Shown: positions 14,630-26,460 of the stretch, one piece after another
Layout: each line of letters begins with the position of its first letter
Position numbering within the stretch: position 1 is the stretch's first letter
Source of the DNA: the human T2T-CHM13v2.0 reference genome, Homo sapiens
Strand: one strand, 5' to 3'
Length of the DNA: 64,000 nucleotides
Assembly: GCF_009914755.1 (NCBI RefSeq)
Contig: NC_060937.1
Translations under genes and position numbers: made by a program
The notes under the pieces: generated by a model
What the model was told of the DNA's origin: nothing
Databases searched by the model: none
What the model saw: only the letters and a program-made list of their open reading frames with translations

Positions 14630-14979
14630 ACCAATTCTTCACAAACGATTCCAAAATATCTAAGACAGTGAAACAATTCCAAACTCTTTTTATCAGGCCA
14701 GCATTACCAAAGCCAGGCAAGAACGTCACAGAAAAACTAAAACTATGGACCAATATCCCTAATGAACATAGATGCAAAAATTCTCAACAAAATACTAGCG
14801 AACAGAATTAAACAATACATTTAAAGGATCATTCACCACAATCAAGTGGGATTTACCCCTAGGACACAAGGATGGTTCAATATTTGTAAATCAATAAACA
14901 TGATATTCTATATTAACACAATGAAGGACAAAAATTATATGATTATACTATTAGATGCAGAAAAAGTATTTGACAAAAT

Positions 14980-15026
14980 ATTAAAAGTAAATGACAAAAA
15001 CAACAATTACTTTTGCACCAACCTAA
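14980..15026. mobile_element. MADE1 (Hsmar1-derived MITE) half element
   Basis: ATGACAAAAACAACAATTACTTTTGCACCAACCTAA matches the MADE1/Hsmar1 TIR, followed by TA. Confidence 0.8.
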
Positions 15027-15499
15027 TATAATATACTTTCATGATTAAAAACTCTCTCAACAAATTAGTTATAAAATAAATGTACCTCAAACAATAAAGG
15101 CTATATACGACAAATCCATAGCCAACATCATACTCAACAGGGAAAAGTTGAAAGCTTTTCCTCTAAGATCTGGAACAAGACAACAATGCTCACTCTCACC
15201 ACTCCTATTCAAGACTGTGCTACAGGTCCTAGCCAGAGCAATAGGCAGGAGACAGAAACAAGAGTCATTCCAACAGAAAAGGTATAAGTTAAATGTCCTT
15301 GTTTACTGAGGACATGAGCTTATATATAGAAAACCCTAAAGATTCCACCAAAAGACTGTTAGAACTGATAAATTTAGTAAAGTTGCAGGATACAAAATCA
15401 ACACACAAAAATCAATCAGTGTTTTTCTAAAATACCAATGAACTTTCTAAAAAGAAATCAAGAGAACAATTCCATTTACAATAGCTACAAAAAAATACT

Positions 15500-15771
15500 T
15501 GGGGAGGCCAAGGTGGGCAGATCACGAGGTCAGGAGATCGAGACCATCTTGGCTAACACGGTGAAACCCAGTCTCTACTAAAAATACAAAAAATTAGCCT
15601 TGCGCAGTGGTGGGCGCCTGTAATCCCAGCTACTCAGGAGGCTGAGGCAGGAGAATGGCATGAACCCGGGAAGCGGAGCTTGCAGTGAGCCGAGATAGCA
15701 CCACTGCAGTCCGGCCTGGGCAACAGAGCGAAACTCCATCTCAAAAAAAGAAAAAAAAAAAGAAAAAAAAA
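15500..15771 (+). mobile_element. AluY, 5'-truncated, inside L1
   Basis: GAGATCGAGACCATC.TGGCTAACACGGTGAAACC and GAATGGCATGAACCCGGG..GGAGCTTGCAG AluY diagnostics; ACTTGGG repeated on both flanks. Confidence 0.95.
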
Positions 15772-17144
15772 CTTGGGAAAATAAATTTAACCAAGGAGGT
15801 GAAAGTCCTGTGCACTGAAAACTATAAAACATTTATAAAAGAAATTGAAGAAGGCACAAATAAATGAAATGATATTTTATAGTCATGGTTTGGAAGAATT
15901 AATATTGTTAACATGTCCATTCTACCCAAAGAAATCTACAGATTTAATGCAATCCCTGTCAAAATTTCAATGTCATTTTTCACAGATATCGGAAAAAACA
16001 ATCCTAAAATTCATATAGGACCTTAAAAAACTTGAATACCTAGGATAATGAGCAAAAGGAACATGAGATGGAGGCATTATACTATCTGATTTCAACTATG
16101 CTACAAAGAGCCCTCTCATTAGATGTATTTGTAAACCTTTAATTCCTATGACCAGAGAATGCTGAAGTAAACCATACCATAGCACTTATCACACCTATTT
16201 GATTTTCATCCTAGGCATAAACTCCACCAGGCCTATATTACAGCTTTATTATATTTGCATCCATGAAAACCCCTAGCATATGATCTATATTTATGCCTGC
16301 TTAATAAATCAACTTTCACAGAATTCTTTTGCATATGCACAAGATATTGAGCAGAGAAAGGAGAAAATATTTTCCAGAAGGCAGCAACTTTGTTCATATC
16401 ATATGCAGCATGGATCAACAATTTCTATGATAGCATTAGCTAACGGAGATGTCTGAAGAGTCAAGGCAGCCTGGGAAGAGTCTATAAAAGATGGAGTATG
16501 CCTCTGTTAGTCAACCTAACTGCTGAGAGAGAACAAACACTCGATCTCACTGGTTTATAGGGCCACCACAGAGGAGACTGCTCCTGGAATAAGTGGGCTT
16601 TCTCATAAAATAGCACCAGGTCCTCTGAATTCCACATTTAAACACCATTGTAAAATTGCTCCTGTGCAACCCGCTCAGCAGCAATCCCATAACAACACTT
16701 AGCCCTTTATACTTCTCCAGGTTTCTCTCTCCAGTTCAACAATACGCTCACAATCATCCCTTTCTCCTTCTCCTTTTATTTTGCCAATCCTCACTCCTGC
16801 TCGGCTTCCACTGCCAATATCCTAGTATCTTCACAGGCAACTTCTCTCCTGCTGGATATACACATCTAGCTTATGTCTAATTAATCCTCACTTTCAATGC
16901 GCCCCAAACCAAACTCATGGCATTATCACAATCCCACTCCTCTTCCTGACTTCTAATGTTTATAAACTGTATCACTATTTTTCCACGAACAAACATAAAA
17001 ATTACCACATTTTCAAACAAACTCAGATTCTAAATACCTCTTCATTTCCATTTATGTTCTCCGAATGCTCTACCCAGACTATTTTAATAGTTTCTGCACG
17101 ATTGCCTTTTCTCCAATTCATCTATCACATCAATAACAATCTTA

Positions 17145-17565
17145 ACCAGTTAGGAATTGCATTCAGCTGTAAGTAATAAACCTCTGAAAAATAGTGGCTG
17201 AAATAAGATTGGTGTTTATTTTTCTTTCTCTTTGGCTCAGGTTCCTTCTAACTTTGTTCTCCACCATATTTAGACAGGGGCTCGTCTCCTTAAACTTTAA
17301 AGATGTCTTCTGGAATTCAAACCATTATGTTCATTTCTAGGAAGTAAGAAGAAAGATCTAAGGAAAACGAGGACAAAGAGCTTTCATCTTAGGGAGCTTC
17401 CCTAGAAAACCCTCAAGTTACTTCAGTTTAGAATATAGTCTCATGGCCCTCTCACCCACAAAGAAAACTAGCAAATACAGTTTTTAGCTATCATTTGCAT
17501 TCCCCTACAATTAAGATTGAGGTAGTAAGAAAGGTGAGAAGAATATTGAGTAGGCAATAGTAGAT
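17145..17565 (-). mobile_element. Old MaLR LTR (MLT1I/J/K-like)
   Basis: CAGTTAGGAATTGCATTCAGCTGTAAGTAA..AATAGTGGCTGAAATAAGA..TTTATTTTTCT antisense LTR end. Confidence 0.55.
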
Positions 17566-17785
17566 GACCAGTCTAGTATTTCTGAAATAAATTTGTGATG
17601 GAAACAAAACATTCAATATAGCCTCATTACCTACCAAATTCATTTCAAATGTGTAGCAAAACGTTCAAATCTTTCTATAATCTAACCCCAACTAAAATTA
17701 CAAGCCCTTTCTACTACTGTTCCTCAGAGTAACAGTTCTCAGATTTTAAAAGTATATGAGTCCCTAGAATAGCAAGGTTCTTGAA

Positions 17786-18018
17786 CAGTGGTTCTAAAAT
17801 AGGGCCCATTTTGGCCCTCAGGAGACATTTGATAATGTCTGGAGAATTTTTATCTATTATAACATGGGCAGTTGGGGAGCTGGAAGGTGGGTGCTTCTGG
17901 CATCTAGTGGGTAGAGGCCCACGATGCTGCTTAATGTCCTACAATGTACAGAATAGCCTCCTACATCAAAGAATTATCCAATTCAAAATATCAGTATGAC
18001 TGAGGTGGAGAAATCCTG
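17786..18018 (+). mobile_element. MER20 hAT-Charlie DNA transposon
   Basis: CAGTGGTTCT..GGAGACATTTG..AATGTCTGGAG..TGGCATCTAGTGGGTAGAGGCC..GAGGTGGAGAAATCCTG. Confidence 0.88.
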
Positions 18019-19067
18019 TTCAACAGGTAGCCTATGCTCCAGAAAAATTGGATTAGGTGTTATTCCAGTATGCCCTGCATTTTCCTATCTTTGCTATGGT
18101 ACAATTAGTTCTGATCCTCCCTATCAACTGGCTTCTCAGTCATGTATCGAAGCCCTGATGATGTACCAGCTGCCATGAATGCAGCCTAGATCCCCTTCCC
18201 ATAGGCTCTGTCCCTCCTCCAAATTGCCCTATATGTACTTCTCTTCCCATACACCCTGCCTCCATTTATATTCCAGAAAGAGACTGTTAACTGACCAAGG
18301 TGGATACCATTACTTCATTACCTTAGTCATCTCCATGGTAACTAACATAGTGCCTGCACACCATTGAATAGGCCCTCTTTTCTATTTCTATAGCATATAT
18401 AGATATTTACAATAATTATTGAAAACATATGTATAATATGATAACATATATAAATTCATATTAGGCCTTTTAAAAGTTGCCCTAGTGCAATTAACCATGG
18501 CTCTCTCTTTCCTAGTCTCTTCCTTATGCCAAACTCCAAAGCAGATTATAACACCTTCCAGTCCTCATAAAACCCAAATGTGATTTCCACAGACAGATTT
18601 TAAATGCAGAAAAAAAGAAAGCTTGAAACCTCTCATTTAGGGCCACTGTCTGGCTTTCATTAAGCCTTCTCTCATTTTTTTCATAGCCAGGGTTCATGGA
18701 CCAGTGCCTATCTACCTGGTTGGCTGAGATTAAAATGAGTAATAGATCCTCCTTGCCATCAGGATGGCTCCTAATGCATTTTTCATTAAATTGAACTCCC
18801 ACTTGGGTCCTCTTTCTGAGGTTCAGACAGAGGTAAGAGAGGTATGTGCTTGCTTGTTTACTAGCATTTAAACAGGGTTGCTCTCTTCTCATAAACCATA
18901 ACAATTTTGTACTTAAGATGATTTCTGGGAAGGTAGAAACATTGTGTTTATTTGACCATCTGTTAAGAGAGTACTGGTTCATTACAATATACTTCCAACT
19001 GATTATTTCAGAACTGTAATAAAATATTTTAGGCAAAGGTCAGACAGATAACCTACTTTCCATAAAA

Positions 19068-19455
19068 AATATACATATACGTACATACCCATCACTCATT
19101 CACATACATATATACACGCATATACTTACACATATGCATATTTATATACCAACACACACCCATAATGCAGAAACACATGCATGTATATACATGTACATAT
19201 ACACATCCATAGCCCACACACACATGCATATACACATGCATATATACACACACACATGCATATATACACACCAATGGCCCACATGCATGCACATACACCC
19301 ATCACACATACGCATATATACACCTACACTCACATGTTTACATACGCTCACACATGCATACACACACATACCAATCACACATATACCTGTACATACTCAC
19401 ATATGTACACATCCATATGCCCCCATACACACATATGTACATAAACATAGACACC
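19068..19455. repeat. Degenerate (CA/TA)n low-complexity tract
   Basis: About 390 bp of CACA/TACA/CATA units; source of the His/Thr/Tyr- and Val/Cys/Met-rich spurious ORFs. Confidence 0.9.
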
Positions 19456-19931
19456 TATAGTGGGCTGAAAAATGCAACCCCCCCAAAGATATCAGGTCCT
19501 AACCCCTGGTACCTGTTACCTTACTTGGAAAAGGGGTCTTTGCTAACATTACTAATAACCTGATGAGGGGGAAATTATCCTGGATTATCCAGATAGGCCC
19601 TAAATGGCATCACAAGTCAAGTGTCTTCAGAAGAGAGAGACAGGAAGAGATTTCACACATACACACAGAAAAGACAAGGCCATGTGAAGACAGAGGCAGA
19701 GACAGGAGTGATGTGGCCACAACTCAAGGACTGCCCACAGTCCCCGGAAGCTGGAAGAGCAAGGATTAGATTCTCCCCTGGAGCCTCTACATGGAGTGCT
19801 GCCCTGCCAACACCTTGACTGCAACCCAGTGACACTGATCTCAGGGTTCGGCCTCCAGCGTTGTGAGAGAATAAATTTCTGTTGCTTTAAGCCACCAACT
19901 TTGTGGTAATTTGTTATAGCAAACTTATACA
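19456..19931 (+). mobile_element. MLT1C-like MaLR solo LTR
   Basis: TTATCCTGGATTATCCAG..GGCCCTAAAT, GTGAAGACAGAGGCAGAGA, GTGAGAGAATAAATTTCTGTTGCTTTAAGCCACC..TTTGTTATAGCA. Confidence 0.88.
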
Positions 19932-20299
19932 TCTATCAGTTTATACACACTTATACAACATCTATCAGTATATACACACAGAAAACTTATACAACATCTA
20001 TCAGTATATACACACAGGTTCATACACTCACAGATTTACACACTCATCCAACCATGCACACACACCCAGAGCCATCACTCATTTACACAATCATGAACAT
20101 GCAGTCACACTTACACAAGGATCCATTTATGCACTAGCAGTTAAGTTGGTTATCACCAAAGTATCTTTAAGGAAACAAAAATCTCGAATCACACCCTTCT
20201 CAAATAAATATATAAGAAAATAAGATGTCAACATATTAATAACAATTGGAAGAGAAGACAATAAGTGAATTTTCTCCATATTTAGTTTTATACATAAAT

Positions 20300-20495
20300 A
20301 ATTATAACTAACACTAGATGAAAGTCTTTTCTGTGCCAAGCCACTGTGCCAATTGTTTTCTAGGTATAATCACACCAATAGTATACACATGAGAAACTGA
20401 GGAGCAGTGAGGATGCATAACGTGCCCAAGGTCAGAGTGATAAAGCTGAGATGTGAACTCGGGCATTGAGTAGGATTCTGGAGGCTACATTTTAA
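20300..20495 (-). mobile_element. MIR SINE
   Basis: GAAACTGAGG..TAACGTGCCCAAGGTCA..AGCTGAGATGTGAACTC. Confidence 0.6.
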
Positions 20496-22731
20496 TCAAT
20501 AAGGAAAGCCTTTTGGAAAAGCCTCACACGATTGGGGCGAGCCTTAAAAGCCTTTTTTAAAAGCCTTTTAAAATCTCAACATTTTTCTTTAATAAAAACC
20601 TATGTATTTCATTATGCAACATTTCACCAGTGCCACTTCCTACTTTATTTCAGTCATAGCATCTGTGCACATGCTGGAATCAAGGCTAATTGGGTCATCT
20701 TCATCTGAAATCTGCTCTCCATCTGGTAAGAGCCTTTTCTTTACTCTGTGGAGCAACCCCCTCAACCCGCTGTGTGCCCCCCACACAGTATGAGGCCTTC
20801 TGCCGCTGGAGGCAAGACATGGCCATGTGCACTGTGCACACAAGGTGTGAGCCCACACCAACAGCATCGTGACTCAGCTTTCCAGGTGCCACACTGAGTC
20901 TTGAAGCTCTTTCTTGCGACTGTGATTCTGGAAATACTATTATTCTCTTTTATGCTCCATATATAGGTCACATATTCTGATGTACCAAATCAAAAACCAT
21001 GCTAGATAAACATGTTTTCTTTTTTAGGGCCAGAATATTACAAACTGAGGCTTCCTGAAAATAAGAAATGGTCATTATACCTACATCCCATCTCATAGCG
21101 TAGCCATGAATAGCAAACTATTTTCAGGCTAGATATTCTGATTATAGCACAAACTGTTTCACCAGAGGCATGGGGGAAAATATAGCATATTTTTACATAA
21201 AAATAGGCCATTCTAAGAGAGTAATTAAAATACTGCTTTATTCATCTGAGTCCTCACTTAGGGACTCCTTATTTTAAGTCACTCTGGACAATCACCTGAT
21301 TCTGTTTCTACAGTAGTTCTGTAAGTCCCCAAATCATCTCTTTTCAGCTATCAGTCCTGGCTGAGTGTCCACTCAATAATCTTGGCATTCACAATATCAT
21401 TTGTCCAGATTCCCTCTCCTACCTTCTCCCGGGTTGAACTGCTTCCTTCCTTGCCTAGGGCACCCTGTGAACCGTTTTTGTCCTGGTTTCTGTGTCTACA
21501 CTCCACTCTGCATGGGTAGGTGGATAGTTATTTTAAGGTAGCCTTTTATACTCACCAAAATACTTGGATCCTGCCTTTTCCCCATTGTTGTTCTTACAAT
21601 TGTGTTTCTTCCTTGAGCCTGTGAGCTTATCCTCACCATGAAGGCACTTGCTTGTAAGGCACCTCTCTTCACACCACACGCAGGAGGGCAGGAAGGTGGC
21701 TTCTTTCTCTAACTTCCCTGACAAGAGAAGAACTGGCCAGCATGGGCCAGGAGGCTTGCAACAGGCAGGGCACTGAAACAGATGGGATACCTGAGAGGAG
21801 GCAGGAGCCCACCACTTGAGGAGTCACAAGAGAGGTGAGAAAAGTCCAGCCCCACCTGTGGCTAAGAGGAAGGGCTAGAGCAGCCTCAGGAGCAGTGAAC
21901 CAATTTCCTCTGTCTTTTCTGGGCATCGAGGGACCAACAAAGACAACACCCATGCTCAGAGGCTATAAGTAGCTCTGGCACAGGGCTTCAGAGCAGTTAT
22001 ATTAGTGGAGACAATCAAAGGTTTAATTTTTTTTTTAATATCACATAAATAAATGAGGAATCTGGCCTTCTCCTCCAACATCTTCCTTGGTGTCTCCCCC
22101 TTACATGTTCTCATTTGTTCTGGGAAGGACATCAAGCACAGGTGACAACCCTTATCAGGGACAGGGTGGGGGTCATACCAGCAAATTGAAATGCCACATT
22201 CACCCAGACCTTGGAGGAGAAAATACAATTGCTGCCTCTCACCCTGAGGACATCAGCCAGGAAGTACCAGCTCCCTGAGACAGAAGCAAAAAGCCTTCCC
22301 TGGCTTAGAATCCCTGTGAATCCTCCTGGATTTCCTCATTCCCAGAGGGCAGAGCAATGACAGTAAAATTAAAATAAGAGAAAATGGAGAAGGGATTGGT
22401 TAAAGGGGTGGTGGTGTCCTGCATGGGGAGGAGGTGTGGCTACAATCCTTGCATGTGCTTCTGTACATTTTTCCCCTTTTCCTAAAGCAGAATGATGTAC
22501 AGCACTTGGACGAAACTTCCCTGTAGATAAAATGACACCCAGTGGTCCTGTTGGAATGCTGTCTGCTATCTCTCAGATTTAAAGCAGGTTTCTCTGCTCT
22601 CCAGGTTTGTGCTTCTCTTGATTTAAAATAGTTACAGTGCTGGGCTGCAGGTGTTTGATCTCATGGTATTTTGACTCTGTAAATATGTCTTGAATTTGAA
22701 GGGAAAAAATCCACACAATATTTGCCTAATA

Positions 22732-22919
22732 TTTAAAATGAGAAGTGAATAAAAATTAAAATAATTTGAGGTGGGAGCCCAGCAGAAAGCTTTCCTTTGT
22801 GTTATGTCTATTCTTTCTCCCTCCTTCCTTCCTTCATTCCTACCTTACTTTATGTCTTCCTTAATTGTTTATTAGCTGAACAACAATTTGTTTAATTTTT
22901 ATTCACTTCTCATTTTAAA
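22732..22919. repeat. Perfect 29-bp inverted repeat with 130-bp spacer
   Basis: TTTAAAATGAGAAGTGAATAAAAATTAAA (22732-22760) and its exact reverse complement (22891-22919). Confidence 0.93.
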
Positions 22920-23241
22920 GATAGAAATAGCAAGTCTAGAATAGCAACCTGGATAGCTTGCTGCTGTTTTGAGAGTAAATATGTTTCAATTAAGAAACAT
23001 ATTAAAAAGGTAAAGAAAATTCCTCTTTTACAAAAAACAAATTAAAACTGGGATTTAATTTGCTTTTCTTTTTCAGCAAACTTACAGTTGTCTGTTTCTG
23101 CAAAGTATATTATTAATAGTGAAACTGTTTTTAAATCCAATTTACATTGTATTTAATATAATTACCACTTCATAGCTAGAGTTTTAAATCCGAAAATATC
23201 TGTATTCAGCTTGATGTTTGATTTTAATACTTGTCCATTTA

Positions 23242-23385
23242 TAGTCAATTCTCATTATTTATGGTAGTTATGTTCTATAAAGTTGTCACCAACACTGAAT
23301 TAGTGAATACTGAAGCTTTGCTCCAAGGGGAAAATAGGGTTAGGTTCCTGTTGGTCTCTGGGCGTGACATTTTTGTCAAGCAATC
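23242..23385. mobile_element. MER82-like TcMar-Tigger terminal fragment
   Basis: AGTCAATTCTCATTATT..GTAGTTATGTTCTATAAAGT..AACACTGAATTAGTGAATACTGAA..AGGGTTAGGTTCCTG. Confidence 0.7.
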
Positions 23386-23389
23386 TCAG

Positions 23390-23930
23390 CTCTGGCTGCT
23401 CTCACTGCAATTGGGGACCCATCTGCCTGTGCAGACATCTGCTGGGAAGCACACCTGTCTGAACAACCAGGGCAGTCTTCTAGACTCAGGACCTTGGTCA
23501 GTGTTCCCATACAGCCCCAGTACCCTCTTTGCATCTTCCTCGAGTCCACCTGAGCAGAAAGTCACATCAACCCCAGAGCCTTCTCAAGGCTCTCAGCAAG
23601 GCTGGGCAAGGGGTATCCTCTAGTGCTGTGATGACTGCAATAATGATCTTGGCCTCAGGAAACACAAATCAGTCTGATTAGAATCCCTGGAGGCCCTCTG
23701 AACAAGGACAGGCACAAAGACAAACCATGAAGACTCAAATAAATACCTAATCCTTCAACGTGTAGACATTGTCACATGTCCACAAGTCTCAAGAACATTC
23801 AGGGAAATGTGACCTCACCAGATGGGCAATAACGCACTAAAGCGCTATCCTACAATAATGGAGATGTGTGATCACTCAAAGAATTGAAGACAACTGTTTT
23901 AAGAAACCTCAGCAAACTTCAAGAAAACCA
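23390..23930 (+). mobile_element. L1M 5'UTR/ORF1-start fragment
   Basis: GAAGACT..AATAAATACCTAATCCTTCAA..CAAGAACATTCAGGGAAATGTGACCTCACCA..CTGTTTTAAGAAACCTCAGCAAACTTCAAGAAAA. Confidence 0.7.
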
Positions 23931-24327
23931 TTTACTGTGGGGCCTTTTACTGACTTTCCTAGAAAGAAAAGAGCCTAGTCCCTGTGGTGTTGCTGCAAGA
24001 TGCTCATTTTTCCCTCCCATTCTCTTTCTCTGAAGTAACTCAGTTACCCATTTTGTTCAATATTATTTTTAAAATAAGAATTTCCCAAATACTATTATCT
24101 ATCTCTCTTGGTCTCCTTCTCTCTTTCTGTCTTATAGGATGACACATTTGGTTTTCTAAATAACATCTCTACTTTAATGTCTTGTCCATTCATTTTGTTA
24201 TCAGATACAAAGGTTTTGTCAGGACCCAGCCCAATGTCCCCATGAGCATCACAATTAGATCACAAACATAAAACTTCATTACATCGTTATTCTTCTTCAT
24301 GGTCATGGGCTATGTCACATACGTACC

Positions 24328-24669
24328 TTTCTTTCCTTTCTTTCTTTCTTCCTTCCTTCCTTCCTTCCTTCCTTTCTTTCTTTCTTTCTTTCTTTCTTTT
24401 TTCTTAATGGGGTCTTGCTCTATTGCCAGGCTGGAGTGCAATGGCATGATCTTGGCTCACTGCCTGGGTTCAAGTGATTCTCCCACCTCAGCCTCCTGAG
24501 TAGCTGGGACTACAGGGCACGCCACCAAGCCCAGCTAATTTTTGTATTTTTAGTAGAGACAAGGGTTCACCATGTTGGCCAGGATGGTCTCGATCTCTTG
24601 ACCTCTTGATCCACCTGCCTCAGCCTCCCAAAGTGCTGGGATTACAGGCGTGAGCCACCACGCCCAGCC
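24328..24669 (-). mobile_element. AluSc-like SINE with tail-derived (TTCC/TTTC)n microsatellite
   Basis: CCAGGATGGTCTCGATCTCTTGACCTC; simple repeat about 24328-24405; small right-arm deletion. Confidence 0.93.
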
Positions 24670-25170
24670 TATTTCTTTTCCTTTTCAGTCTTATATACGT
24701 AATTGTATTTCAAGACTCAAACTTTCTGCCTGTCAGTGTTTACTCATTTTCAGGACTTTTTTCTCAGCTAAGAAATGATCGAGAACTCCTTCTTACCAAC
24801 AATAACTGGCAACATCAAAACTGTCTACCAGCTTGCTCACTTTCATTGTGAGCTAACATACCTTTCTCTCTATCCTAAAGTCCTTTCCCTCCTTCAACGT
24901 CAGGCGCTCCTTCTCTTGAATAAAGATGCAAACACTTTACATGACTTAAAATTGACCTCTTCAATAGAGTCTTTCCAGATAAACTGCATCTCATTCAAGA
25001 TCTCATAATAACTTCAACAATTGTTTGGTGGAGGACACAACCCCCAAATTATTGTGTGTACATTTTTCTGGTGATATGCTTATGTATGTGTTCCTACTAG
25101 AAAAATATCTCCAGATAAGGAACATCTTTATTTATTTTGCTATTGGTACCACGTACAATCTTCTCTTTGA

Positions 25171-25448
25171 TTTTGTTTTTGAGATAGGGTCTCACTTTGT
25201 TGCCCAGGCTGGAGGGCAGTGGTATAGTCACAACTCACTGCACCCTTCACCTCCTGGGCACAAGCAATCCTCTTGCCTCAGCCTCCCAAGTAGCTGTGAC
25301 TATAGGCAGGCACCAAAATGCCCGATTTTTAAAATTTTTTGTAGAGATGAGGTCTTCCTATGTTGCCTAGTGTAGTCGTGAACTTCTGGGCTTAAGCAAT
25401 CCTCCCACCTCAGCCTCCCAAATTGCTGGGATTACACTGCACCTGGCC
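25171..25448 (-). mobile_element. AluJ SINE
   Basis: AGGGTCTCAC, CTCCTGGGC.CAAGCAATCCTC, GGGCTTAAGCAATCCTCCC AluJ diagnostics. Confidence 0.9.
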
Positions 25449-26029
25449 CCCTAAAACTGCTAAAAGAAGATTAGCAGTATCTTCTTTTTAGAGATGAAAT
25501 AATGTGACACAAACTACAGATGAAATAATGTGACACAAACACTTTGTGCAGGAATAGCAAGTGGTTACTATGTTCTGTCCAACCTCCTGAGCCACTTTGG
25601 CCTGTGTGATGCTGGTGCTCTATCCCTGCATTAATGGGAACTATCTTCATGGGAAAGTACCATCTACCTGAATCTGTAGTACAAATTACCTTGGGTTGAG
25701 AATCATCAGAGTATACAATTATTAAGACAATTTATGTAAACTTGATAAAAATTCAGGGTTTAAATAAACATGGATGTATAACCTGTCATTTTTAGATGAT
25801 AGATACATGACAGGAAGGTAGGTAGGTAAGTATATACAGACAGAAAGATACACAGACAGACAGACAGAGGGGCAGACAATCCTACTGAATTTTAAGAAAA
25901 ATAAAGTACAATATAGATACATAAAATAAACCTAGAAAAGGATGTATTGCATTTCTGTCACCATCTAAGCCAAGGAAATATAAATTTAGTTTTGTAAGCT
26001 TAAGTGAAGAATGAATCAGGCTTCATCAT

Positions 26030-26460
26030 ACAATGTTTGTTGATTTTCTTAAGTACACATTTTGTGCCAGATACTACGTATGCTGAGAGACAGTCCTCCA
26101 TGCCTCTAAGGCACACACTGTCTAGCAGGGGATAAAATAAACTATAATACAATGTGTCAAGTGCTTTAAGTCATAGAGTCAGAAACTTGATTGCAGGTTA
26201 ATGGTTGATTGGGAAGAGACAAAGTGAGTCTAGACCATTTTTTTCAATGTGTTTGGTGAAGACCAAAAGGTGTAAAATGAAGTAGTAGAATAGAGAGAAA
26301 GGAATGTTCTTTTTTCTTGATTTTTAAGTGAGGTAAATGAGATGGTTTGTAGGCTGCATGGGAGGAGGTAGTGAAAGAAGGGATGGAGAAGTTATAGGAG
26401 TGGGGAAATGGGTGGAGAGTGACACAGTTGTTGGAGGAAGGAACGAACAAAGGAATGAGC
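26030..26460 (-). mobile_element. L2 fragments
   Basis: TGTGCCAGATACT..CCATGCCTCTAAGG..ACTGTCTAGCAGGG..TATAATACAATGTG. Confidence 0.5.

Larger units (their letters stand above)
14630..16108 (+). mobile_element. Inverted 5' segment of the same L1MA (degenerate ORF2 RT region)
   Basis: ORF2 RT-like peptides ([27 protein letters not shown]); orientation flips at about 14629. Confidence 0.88.

Noticed and set aside
16561-16580. CTCF-like GGCCACCACAGAGGAGACTG
   Set aside because: Spacing and the GGC core do not fit the CTCF consensus
18524-19036. 170-aa minus-strand ORF
   Set aside because: Non-ATG start, no recognisable domain or splice context; chance ORFs of this size are plausible in 64 kb over six frames
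19092-19563. Stack of overlapping His/Thr/Tyr- and Val/Cys-rich ORFs
   Set aside because: Translation artefacts of the CA/TA simple repeat
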